Part shown: one piece after another, positions 39,073-46,768 of the stretch
Layout of the letters: each line of letters begins with the position of its first letter
Numbering within the stretch: position 1 is the first letter of the stretch
Assembly (NCBI GenBank): GCA_964500055.1
Contig: CAZCMY010000002.1
Location: 2,913-49,680, forward strand
Length of the DNA: 46,768 nucleotides
Reading direction: 5' to 3'
Source of the DNA: an uncultured Acidaminococcales bacterium
GTDB lineage: Bacteria; Bacillota; Negativicutes; Acidaminococcales; Acidaminococcaceae
Program-made: the position numbers and the translations under genes
The notes under the pieces: model-generated
Seen by the model: only the letters and a program-made list of their open reading frames with translations
Told to the model about the DNA's origin: nothing
Databases searched by the model: none

Positions 39073-39759
39073 TCATTCTTTGTTCAATATGTCACGAACT
39101 ATCAACGAACCAATTAAAAGTCCTGCTGTAGCTGGCACAAACACAAGGCTTCCTGGTACTTCTGATTTTATTGTTTTTTGCGGTTCTTCAACCGAAAATA
39201 CTACCTTTACGCCACTAACTATGCCAGCTTGTCGCAACTTAGCTCGAACCGCTCTGGCTAAAGGACACGTATGAGTTTTTGATACATCTGCAACCTTAAG
39301 CATTTGAGGATCTAGTTTATTGCCTGTACCCATAGCCGAAATTATTGGAATATGATTGGTTGCTGCGGAAACAATCAAATCTACTTTTGAGCCAACGCTG
39401 TCAATAGCATCAGCTATATAAGAATATTTGCGTCCAAAAACAGTATCAAATTCTCCAGGATTATAGAATTTATCGTAAATTTCAATGCAACATTCAGGAT
39501 TTATATCCAGTAACCGATCACGCAAAACAATTGTTTTGCTCATCCCCATAGTAGATTGTAAGGCAGGAAGTTGACGATTTATATTACTTGACGCAATAAA
39601 ATCAGAATCTACCAGTAATAAATTGCCTATGCCACTTCTTGCTAAAGACTCAGCAACATATGAACCAACTCCACCCAAACCTACAACAGCTACTGCTGCA
39701 GATTGAAGCTTTTTTATCGCATCTTTACCGATGACTATTTCAACACGGCTTAAATCCAT
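39073..39759 (-). CDS. tcdA: tRNA threonylcarbamoyladenosine dehydratase (ThiF/E1-like, YrvM/TcdA family)
   Basis: Rossmann GLGGVGSY motif, E1-like fold, 228 aa. The position next to aspS/6S matches B. subtilis yrvM. Confidence 0.83.
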   Translation of the reverse strand: MDLSRVEIVIGKDAIKKLQSAAVAVVGLGGVGSYVAESLARSGIGNLLLVDSDFIASSNINRQLPALQSTMGMSKTIVLRDRLLDINPECCIEIYDKFYNPGEFDTVFGRKYSYIADAIDSVGSKVDLIVSAATNHIPIISAMGTGNKLDPQMLKVADVSKTHTCPLARAVRAKLRQAGIVSGVKVVFSVEEPQKTIKSEVPGSLVFVPATAGLLIGSLIVRDILNKE

Positions 39760-39770
39760 TTTCTACCCCT

Positions 39771-39962
39771 AAAAAATTGCCCCACAATGCCGTCTTTTTT
39801 CCAAGTTTTGAACCTGCATGTGCAGGTGGGTGCCCTCCCGACCACTTCTGATGTCCACTCAAGGAGGCTTATCATCAGTGGCAGGCGCTCTAGGCTCCCA
39901 ATGTAAAAGTGTTGGCTCAAAACATGGATTTTTAACGCGCACCGCAGGGGTGTGATCTAGCT
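39771..39962 (-). ncRNA. ssrS: 6S RNA (SsrS-like), ~190 nt
   Basis: GC-enriched non-coding stretch in a 253-nt gap. A long-range helix pairs CCAUGUUUUGAGCC (plus 39914-39927) with GGUUCAAAACUUGG (plus 39801-39814) in 13 of 14 positions. There is an outer closing helix (CCC.UGCGGU with ACGGCAUUGUGGGG region), an apical stem CCACU-GAUG / CAUC-AGUGG, and an unpaired central region containing a CCUGC-ACAU-GCAGG hairpin. It has its own promoter and a 3' U-run, and occupies the same locus as B. subtilis bsrA (aspS-bsrA-yrvM). Ends are approximate. Confidence 0.65.
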
Positions 39963-39969
39963 TAATATT

Positions 39970-39998
39970 ATATTAACAGAAAATGATAATATTATCAA
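39970..39998 (-). promoter_or_regulatory. Putative sigma-A promoter of the 6S RNA gene
   Basis: Minus strand: TTGATA (39993-39998), 17 nt, TAATAT (39970-39975). This places the start near 39962. Confidence 0.5.
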
Positions 39999-40012
39999 AT
40001 TTATGCTTTATA

Positions 40013-41800
40013 TTAATTCTCTTTTTTAACTACGGTTGATCTAATATGCAACTCTCTAAGTTGTTTTTCTTCAACATCATTAGGAGCCTGAGACATCAAG
40101 CAGCTTGCGCTTTGTGTTTTCGGGAAAGCAATAACATCGCGAATTGAAGGACGTTTTGCCATTATCATAATTAATCTGTCCAAACCAAAAGCTAAGCCGC
40201 CATGCGGTGGTGCACCAAATTCAAAAGCATCCATAAGGAATCCGAATTTTTCTCTCGCCTGCTCATCAGTAAGACCAATAGCTGCGAAAACTTCTTTTTG
40301 GACGTCTCTGCGATGGATACGTATACTGCCGCCACCAATTTCAGTACCATTAAGTACCATATCATAAGCTTTAGCATAAACGCGTCCAGGATCAGACTCC
40401 AAATATTGCAAATCTTCATCACGAGGAGATGTAAACGGATGATGCATAGCAACAAAACGTTTTTCCTCATCATCATATTCAAACATTGGGAAATCAACAA
40501 CCCAGGCAAAAGCCAATTTGTCTTCATCAATAAGATTCAGACGTTTAGCCATTTCAAGACGAAGCGCGCCCAAAGCCTGTGCAACAACAGCCTTCTTATC
40601 AGCTACAAATAATAGCAAGTCTCCTGGTACAGCAGCACCGGTGCTCAAAATAGCTTTCATCTGTTCGTCACTAAAGAATTTAGCGATAGGAGATTTAATG
40701 CTGCCGTCTTCATTAACTATGATCCAGGCAAGACCCTTTGCTCCGTAAATGTTGACAAATTCAACCAAGCCATCTAATTCTCTGCGGGCAATGCTGCCGT
40801 AACCTTTGACATTGATAGCTTTAACTTGCCCAGCATCCTCAAGAACAGCGTTGAATACTTTAAAATCAGAACCTTTGACAGCCTCTGACATATCAAGTAA
40901 TTCCATATCAAAACGCAAATCAGGTTTATCAGAGCCATAACGATTCATTGCTTCATCCCAAGTCAAACGTTTGAATGGTACTTCAAGGTCCCTATCCAAA
41001 GCACCCTTGAAAATGTAAGAAATTAAGCCTTCCATCATTTCCATGACATCTTCTGATTCGACAAAAGACATTTCCATATCTAGCTGGGTAAACTCTGGTT
41101 GACGGTCAGCGCGTAAGTCTTCATCGCGGAAGCAACGAGCAATCTGGAAGTAACGTTCCATACCGGAAACCATTAAAAGTTGTTTGAAAATCTGTGGTGA
41201 TTGTGGCAAAGCATAGAACTTACCAGGATTAACTCTGCTAGGCACCAGATAATCACGAGCTCCTTCCGGAGTACTCTTAGTTAACATCGGAGTTTCAATT
41301 TCTATAAATGAGCGGTTATCAAGGAAATCGCGCATCAATTTAGTAACTTTATGACGTAAAATTAAATTTTTCTGCATTTCTGGACGGCGTAAATCAAGAT
41401 AACGATAACGCAATCTAACGTTTTCATCGACGTCCACACCATCCTGAATGTAAAAAGGAGGTGTTTTAGCAGTATTCAATATTTCTAAAGAAGAAGCCTC
41501 GATTTCAATTTCGCCAGTAGGTATATTACGATTAATTGTCTCTTCAGTTCTTAAACGTACACTGCCTGTAATACTTACAACAAATTCATTACGCACATCT
41601 TCGGCAACTTTAAATGAATCACCGGCTGTTTCTGTATCAATAACAATCTGGACGATGCCTGAACGATCACGCAAATCAATAAAAATCAAGCCACCATGGT
41701 CACGGCGTTTTGCAACCCAACCACTTAAAGTTACCTGTTGACCAGCTTCTGCTGCCGTTAACAATCCGCAATGATGACTGCGCTTAAAACATTTACTCAT
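40013..41800 (-). CDS. aspS: Aspartyl-tRNA synthetase (bacterial type)
   Basis: OB-fold N-domain (GWV...[13 protein letters not shown]), class II motifs, the GAD insertion, and C-terminal GG.A.GLDR. Trimmed to ATG 41800 (AGAGGTG 7 nt upstream; 8-nt overlap with hisS). Confidence 0.96.
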   Translation of the reverse strand: MSKCFKRSHHCGLLTAAEAGQQVTLSGWVAKRRDHGGLIFIDLRDRSGIVQIVIDTETAGDSFKVAEDVRNEFVVSITGSVRLRTEETINRNIPTGEIEIEASSLEILNTAKTPPFYIQDGVDVDENVRLRYRYLDLRRPEMQKNLILRHKVTKLMRDFLDNRSFIEIETPMLTKSTPEGARDYLVPSRVNPGKFYALPQSPQIFKQLLMVSGMERYFQIARCFRDEDLRADRQPEFTQLDMEMSFVESEDVMEMMEGLISYIFKGALDRDLEVPFKRLTWDEAMNRYGSDKPDLRFDMELLDMSEAVKGSDFKVFNAVLEDAGQVKAINVKGYGSIARRELDGLVEFVNIYGAKGLAWIIVNEDGSIKSPIAKFFSDEQMKAILSTGAAVPGDLLLFVADKKAVVAQALGALRLEMAKRLNLIDEDKLAFAWVVDFPMFEYDDEEKRFVAMHHPFTSPRDEDLQYLESDPGRVYAKAYDMVLNGTEIGGGSIRIHRRDVQKEVFAAIGLTDEQAREKFGFLMDAFEFGAPPHGGLAFGLDRLIMIMAKRPSIRDVIAFPKTQSASCLMSQAPNDVEEKQLRELHIRSTVVKKEN

Positions 41801-43067
41801 TTTCTCGCACCTCTGTTTTACATAAAATTGACTTAATATAATCCATTTTAACTTCAGTCTGTTCACTGGTTTTCATATCACGCAAAACAACAAAACCACG
41901 TGATACTTCATCTTCACCAAAAATCAATACTTTTTCAGCCTGCAGACGATTCGCCTGTTTCATCTGCGCTTTCATGCTTCTACCCAAACTATCAATTTCT
42001 GCCTTCAACCCAGCTTCTCTTAATTCCGTAACGGTTTTGAAGGCCAGAGCAGCATATTGCGCTGCGGGTGATACTATAAACACATCAACAGAATTCTCTT
42101 GTGTCGCAAGAAGTTCTTGTTTTTCCAGCGCCAGTAAAACCCTTTCCATACCAATAGCAAAACCAATGCCAGGAGTTTCAGGCCCCCCCACTTCGCTTAC
42201 AAGGCCGTCATAACGCCCACCACCACCAACTGCACTTTGTGCTCCAAGTGGCGAATATTGAATTTCAAAAGCCGTCTTAGTGTAATAATCAAGTCCACGA
42301 ACCAAATTTGGATCTATTTCAAATTCCAGGTTTACTGTTTGTAACAAATCCTGCAATTGGCTAAAATGTTCTTTACATTCATCACAGAGACACTCCGTTA
42401 ATGATGGAGCACCTTGGGCTAATTCCTTGCATTTCTCATTCTTACAATCCAAAATACGCAAAGGATTGCGATCATAACGAGATCTGCAGTCCTCACATAA
42501 TTCACCAAGTTTAGGTGCAAAAAATGCCTGGAGTTTTTCTCTATGAATAGGTCGGCATTTTGGACATCCAACAGAGTTTATCAGTAACCTTAAATCCTTA
42601 AGTCCCAGTTCTCTTAAAATCTGCACAGCAAGCATAATTACCTCAGCATCAATTAAAGCATTACTAGTGCCCAATGCTTCTACACCAAACTGATGGAATT
42701 GACGCAATCTGCCAGCCTGTGGTCTATCATAACGGAACATTGGTCCCATATAGAATAATTTTGTTGGTCCTGGTTCCGCATATAATTTGTTTTCAATATA
42801 TGCTCTGACAACTGAAGCAGTATTTTCAGGACGTAATGTAATACTTCTGTTACCGCGATCGTTAAAAGTATACATCTCTTTTTCTACTACATCAGTTGTA
42901 TCACCGATACCGCGCAAAAATAGTTCTGTGTGTTCAAAAATTGGCGTGCGGATTTCTTGATAACCATATAGATCACTAATGCATCGCATAACTTTTTCTA
43001 CATGACGCCAAGCACCAACGCTTGCCGGCAAAATATCTTTTGTTCCCCTTGGGGCAGATGTCAGCAA
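41793..43067 (-). CDS. hisS: Histidyl-tRNA synthetase
   Basis: [23 protein letters not shown], and GGGRYD motifs. TTG start with AGGAGGA 6 nt upstream, inside the hemZ 3' end. Confidence 0.96.
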   Translation of the reverse strand: MLTSAPRGTKDILPASVGAWRHVEKVMRCISDLYGYQEIRTPIFEHTELFLRGIGDTTDVVEKEMYTFNDRGNRSITLRPENTASVVRAYIENKLYAEPGPTKLFYMGPMFRYDRPQAGRLRQFHQFGVEALGTSNALIDAEVIMLAVQILRELGLKDLRLLINSVGCPKCRPIHREKLQAFFAPKLGELCEDCRSRYDRNPLRILDCKNEKCKELAQGAPSLTECLCDECKEHFSQLQDLLQTVNLEFEIDPNLVRGLDYYTKTAFEIQYSPLGAQSAVGGGGRYDGLVSEVGGPETPGIGFAIGMERVLLALEKQELLATQENSVDVFIVSPAAQYAALAFKTVTELREAGLKAEIDSLGRSMKAQMKQANRLQAEKVLIFGEDEVSRGFVVLRDMKTSEQTEVKMDYIKSILCKTEVRENE

Positions 43068-43069
43068 TT

Positions 43070-44530
43070 TTATTCCTCCTGTTCATATCTTAAAGCAATT
43101 GTTTCAGCTCTTTTTGCAAATAATTGTTTTGCATTAGTTTTATAATCATAAAAGTTTTTTGGCATATGGAACTTATATAAATGATGTCCATCCGAAGCAG
43201 GAACTTTAGTTGCAGATGATGGCCCAATACCTATTACAGTATACTGTTCTTCCATCATTTGCATATTATAGATGCATTCCGTTCCCGGCTTAGCATAACC
43301 AATATTGGCGAGATTACCTAGCATATAGTGCTGGCGGTATAAATAATACGGACTTATGCCAAGTTTTTCAGCAACTAACGATGCATAATCAAATACAAGA
43401 GAAGCTTCGTCAGCAGAAATAAATTCATAGTCCTTACATATTTGAAAAAGAGGAGATGTTTTTTTCAAAGCAAGTGTGTGAACTGTAAGGTTTTCAGGAT
43501 AAAAGTCAAGCATCTTGTCCAAAGAATACTCAATGTCTTTTATTCTTTCCTGCGGCAAACCAACAATCAAGTCCATATTCACTACCGGAATGTTTCCTTT
43601 ACGGATTGCAGTAAAAGCATCATAAACTTGCTTAACTGTGTGCTGTCTGCCAATAGTAACTAATGTTCTGTCATGCATCGTTTGTGGATTTATGCTGATT
43701 CGGTTAACACCGGCTTCTTCCATAGCATGGAGCTTATCAGCTGTTAAACAGTCTGGTCTTCCCGCTTCCACAGTAAATTCATCTATCAAACCAATAGAAA
43801 AATTAGTACTGACACATTTCATTAGTTTTTGAAAAAAAATATCATTCAAACTGGTCGGTGTACCACCGCCAATGTAAAGCGATTTAATACGTAGACCATA
43901 CATACTTACTAATTGTACCACAGCCCGTATATCTTCTTCAACGCTGTTGCAAAAGTTTTGCTGGAATTCTTCATCAGCAGGCATGATTCCTGCCGGGAAG
44001 GAACAATACAAGCACCTAGAAGGGCAATAAGGTACCCCGATATATATTGCAATATCCTTAAAAGATCTTGATAAAATAGAATTTTGCTTTTTGGCAATAT
44101 CTGAAATAAGCTTTGCATTGCTGCCTGATAACAAATATTTTTCTACCAGGACCTTCTCAGGATCATTGCCCGCAAACAAAATCTTATTGGCAAGCTTGCC
44201 CGGTCTGACTCCTGTCAAGACTCCCCAGGCAGGGTCTGATACTCCAAAAGCTTGTTTAAGCGCTGAAAGTATTACAATTTTTGCACAACGGGCCCATTCA
44301 CCACGTTCTGCTTTTGTTTCTAATTTACATTCAGTTGAAAATTTGATGCCTGCCGAATCTCTGAAATCAGCACCACAAATCGAAAAAGCTTTATCTGAAG
44401 GCTCTGCCCTCAAATAAAGCTCACCGACAATATTATCTTCCTGTACTTTAACTGCTGTAAAACCCAGGAGCATTAATAGGTCTGACAGCGGCTTGTCCAG
44501 GTTAAAAGGTAAATTTCTTGTTTTTAACAA
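43070..44530 (-). CDS. hemZ: Radical SAM coproporphyrinogen-dehydrogenase-like protein HemZ
   Basis: CPSRCLYCSF radical-SAM cluster motif, WGVLTGVRPGKL, and the HemN/HemZ-like core (GGGTPT, ISINPQT). The N-terminus aligns with B. subtilis HemZ if translation starts at TTG 44530. The start is uncertain (44473-44551, weak RBS), and the track ORF overlaps the transporter gene. Confidence 0.78.
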   Translation of the reverse strand: MLKTRNLPFNLDKPLSDLLMLLGFTAVKVQEDNIVGELYLRAEPSDKAFSICGADFRDSAGIKFSTECKLETKAERGEWARCAKIVILSALKQAFGVSDPAWGVLTGVRPGKLANKILFAGNDPEKVLVEKYLLSGSNAKLISDIAKKQNSILSRSFKDIAIYIGVPYCPSRCLYCSFPAGIMPADEEFQQNFCNSVEEDIRAVVQLVSMYGLRIKSLYIGGGTPTSLNDIFFQKLMKCVSTNFSIGLIDEFTVEAGRPDCLTADKLHAMEEAGVNRISINPQTMHDRTLVTIGRQHTVKQVYDAFTAIRKGNIPVVNMDLIVGLPQERIKDIEYSLDKMLDFYPENLTVHTLALKKTSPLFQICKDYEFISADEASLVFDYASLVAEKLGISPYYLYRQHYMLGNLANIGYAKPGTECIYNMQMMEEQYTVIGIGPSSATKVPASDGHHLYKFHMPKNFYDYKTNAKQLFAKRAETIALRYEQEE

Positions 44531-44555
44531 TACTTTTTTTAGATTATCCAATGAT

Positions 44556-45629
44556 TTACTGTACCTTCTTATCTTCACTGAAATGCCAAAGATGCTTATA
44601 AAGCACTTTGCAGACCGCAGCCACCGGAACGGCAAAAAGCAAACCCAAAATTCCAAATAATTTGGCCCCAATCAAGAGACTTAAAATCAAAAGAACCGGG
44701 TGCAGTTGGATTGATTTTCCCATAATTTTAGGCATTAAATAGTGCGCATCTATTTGATAAAAAACAAAATAAAATAATGCTATTTTCAACGCTAAAACAG
44801 GAGAATCGGCATAAGCAAGAAAAGTTGCCGGTACAGCAACCACGATCGGCCCAACTACAGGTACAACTTCAGCTATCATTGCCAAAAAACCTAAAATCAG
44901 TGGATAATCAATGCCAAGCAAATAAACGCCAGCAGTAATGCAAACACCAACTAGCAATGACAATTTGAACATACCCCTGACATAAGCACTAAGCACATCG
45001 CCAAGCTCATCTAATATAGCGGCTATCCGTGGCTGCGCATCATAAGAAAAAATATCAATGACTAATTTTCTTAGTTCACGCCAGTCTTTTAAAAAATAAA
45101 AAGCAAGAAATGGCACTACTATGAGCCCAACAAGCAAGACCGCCATCTCAAAAGTAGATTTTACCAATGATTTCATCATTTCTAAAATATAACTCATCGC
45201 CCAAGCCAATAAGCTGTCAATTAGTGATAATAAGTTTGACGGCAATTCTGACCTTGTCTGCTGGTCCAAGCCGAGCCAGTCCAAATTGGAGGAATCAACT
45301 TTTTGCATATAGTCAGGCAATTCCTTTAAGAACAGGTTAACTTCGCCAAAAAGAGGCAAAACAATCAATTTGGCAATTAAGTAAAAGAAACCAGACATAG
45401 CAACAAACGCTAGGAAAATTGCCATAGCTTGCGGTATTCGCTTTTTACCAGGCCCTACAGGTATCTTCTCGAATACTTTAGCAACAGGGTGCAAAACAAA
45501 AGCTAATGCAACCGCGAGCATTATCGGGAAAAGAAATGCTGCGATATGGTAGAAAACAAAAAAAGCAGCAAATGCACACGCTAGTTTAAACACAGTATTG
45601 TTCTTATAACTATTAATCAGATCATTCAT
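44556..45629 (-). CDS. AI-2E family transporter (PerM/UPF0118)
   Basis: About 357-aa polytopic membrane protein with typical C-terminal motifs (IAEVVPVVGP, LLIGAKLFGILGLLFAVP). Start set at ATG 45629; the track start TTG 45668 overlaps the MBL gene. Confidence 0.8.
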   Translation of the reverse strand: MNDLINSYKNNTVFKLACAFAAFFVFYHIAAFLFPIMLAVALAFVLHPVAKVFEKIPVGPGKKRIPQAMAIFLAFVAMSGFFYLIAKLIVLPLFGEVNLFLKELPDYMQKVDSSNLDWLGLDQQTRSELPSNLLSLIDSLLAWAMSYILEMMKSLVKSTFEMAVLLVGLIVVPFLAFYFLKDWRELRKLVIDIFSYDAQPRIAAILDELGDVLSAYVRGMFKLSLLVGVCITAGVYLLGIDYPLILGFLAMIAEVVPVVGPIVVAVPATFLAYADSPVLALKIALFYFVFYQIDAHYLMPKIMGKSIQLHPVLLILSLLIGAKLFGILGLLFAVPVAAVCKVLYKHLWHFSEDKKVQ

Positions 45630-45634
45630 TATAA

Positions 45635-46258
45635 TTATTGCAGAAACGGATTTCTGCGTCTCTCCCAACCTATAGTTGTCGCCGGGCCATGTCCGGGCAA
45701 CAATTTCATTTCATCTGGCAATACCATGATTTTTGTTTTTATAGAATGCAATATTTGCGAATAAGAACCTCCTGGTAAATCTGTTCGACCAATTGATTCG
45801 GAAAAAATAGTATCACCACAGAAAACAGTATCTCCGCAAAGCAAGCAAACCCCGCCCTTGGTATGGCCTGGAGTGGCTACAACCTGAAATTTTAGTCCGG
45901 CAGCTGTTATTGTTTCACCATCAACCAAAAATTCATCCGTTGCCTTGAATTCCCGTCCAGCTCCCATATAAACTGACAGGTTGCTGCTGGCCTTAGTAAG
46001 CATGTCAGCATCGGCTTCGGAAATATATACTTTGGCCCCTGTAGCCTCTCTTACTTCATCAACCGCCATTATATGGTCACTATGACCATGAGTTAAAAAT
46101 ATAGCTTCAATAGTTATTCCTTTTTGCTTAATTTTTTCAAGAATCTGATCTGCGTCACCGCCCGGATCAACTACAACACCAGTTTTTTGCTCTTCATTTA
46201 TAACCAAATAGCAGTTTGTACCTATTACTCCTACTTCCATTGCAATAATTTTCATCAA
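45635..46258 (-). CDS. MBL-fold metallo-hydrolase (glyoxalase II-like)
   Basis: THGHSDH motif, later H and D ligands (TPGHTKGG, GDT.F..S.GRTD), 207 aa. Confidence 0.85.
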   Translation of the reverse strand: MMKIIAMEVGVIGTNCYLVINEEQKTGVVVDPGGDADQILEKIKQKGITIEAIFLTHGHSDHIMAVDEVREATGAKVYISEADADMLTKASSNLSVYMGAGREFKATDEFLVDGETITAAGLKFQVVATPGHTKGGVCLLCGDTVFCGDTIFSESIGRTDLPGGSYSQILHSIKTKIMVLPDEMKLLPGHGPATTIGWERRRNPFLQ

Positions 46259-46270
46259 AGTCCTCCACTA

Positions 46271-46720
46271 TTAAAATATCTTTTTGCTATCCAACATAAT
46301 AGTCACTGGGCCATCATTATATAACATGACAGACATGTGCGCCTGAAATTGCCCAGTTTCAGTTTTAAAACCATCTTCCTTTGACAATTCGACAAAATTT
46401 TCATAATACATTCTTGCTATTTCTGGTGAAGCCGCGTTTTCGAAAGACGGCCTCCGTCCTTTACGACAGTCAGCATACAAAGTAAACTGGGAAACTACAA
46501 GCAGCTGGCCCTGCACATCCCTGACGGACAAATTCATTTTGCCTTGCATATCTTCAAATATACGTAAATTCGTAATTTTATCGTACAAATATTTTAAATC
46601 TTCATCAGAATCTTGTTTCTCTACGCCTAGAAGAATAAGTAATCCTTCATTTATCTTGCCAACAATATCAGCATCTACCTTGACCTCTGCTTGAGAAACT
46701 CGCTGTATTACTGCTCGCAA
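46271..46720 (-). CDS. dtd: D-aminoacyl-tRNA deacylase
   Basis: [11 protein letters not shown]......VG.I..GLL.LLGV and [21 protein letters not shown] motifs. TTG start with AGGGGG 7 nt upstream. Confidence 0.95.
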   Translation of the reverse strand: MRAVIQRVSQAEVKVDADIVGKINEGLLILLGVEKQDSDEDLKYLYDKITNLRIFEDMQGKMNLSVRDVQGQLLVVSQFTLYADCRKGRRPSFENAASPEIARMYYENFVELSKEDGFKTETGQFQAHMSVMLYNDGPVTIMLDSKKIF

Positions 46721-46724
46721 ATAC

Positions 46725-46768
46725 TTAACCCCCTATTGAAGTTGAAATAATACGTTCAACATTGTATA
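46725..46768 (-). CDS. 3' end of an upstream gene, probably RelA/SpoT-family (p)ppGpp synthetase
   Basis: The reverse frame reads ...[13 protein letters not shown]-stop (TAA at 46725-46727). The ..V.RV-like ACT-domain ending and the conserved relA-dtd adjacency suggest RelA, but only 14 codons are visible. Confidence 0.4.
   Translation of the reverse strand, partial: YNVERIISTSIGG

Noticed and set aside
40192-40530. 112-aa same-strand alternative-frame ORF inside aspS (and a similar 96-aa ORF at 37792-38082 inside rarA)
   Set aside because: These are out-of-frame ORFs within highly conserved genes. They are Leu/Met/Lys-rich nonsense-like sequence, and I see no evidence for overlapping genes.

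Overview
The window is an almost unbroken run of minus-strand housekeeping genes from a low-GC Bacillota chromosome (Clostridia/Negativicutes-like; GC about 40% by eye, not computed). 49 of the 50 protein genes I call are on the minus strand. Gene order joins three blocks known from Bacillus/Clostridium. Block 1 is polC-(mgtC)-proS-ispG-rseP-dxr-cdsA-uppS-...-frr-pyrH-tsf-rpsB. Block 2 is spoVS-nudF-recN-argR-nadK-tlyA-dxs-ispA-xseB-xseA-...-nusB-asp23 cluster-efp-pepP. Block 3 is U32-mltG-DUF1292-ruvX-ireB-alaS-mnmA-Rrf2-rarA-tcdA-6S-aspS-hisS-hemZ-AI-2E-MBL-dtd-relA. Many genes are translationally coupled through ATGA/TAATG-type overlaps. Several track ORFs carry spurious N-terminal extensions, which I trimmed to the start codon that has a Shine-Dalgarno. 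Three real features are missing from the ORF track: a partial polC (1..3466, runs off the window), a 58-aa 2x[4Fe-4S] ferredoxin (10959..11135), and a roughly 190-nt structured RNA between aspS and tcdA that I call 6S RNA. I see no CRISPR array, mobile element, tRNA/rRNA gene, defence island or toxin-like module, and no convincing novel multi-gene system. The least-explained pieces are a divergent TsaD/Kae1-like paralog inside the nusB-xseAB operon, a PASTA-like mini-protein plus ferredoxin inserted between frr and uppS, a U32/DUF4911 coupled pair, and an intrinsic terminator in the leader of the only plus-strand gene. All homology calls come from reading the translations; no searches were run.
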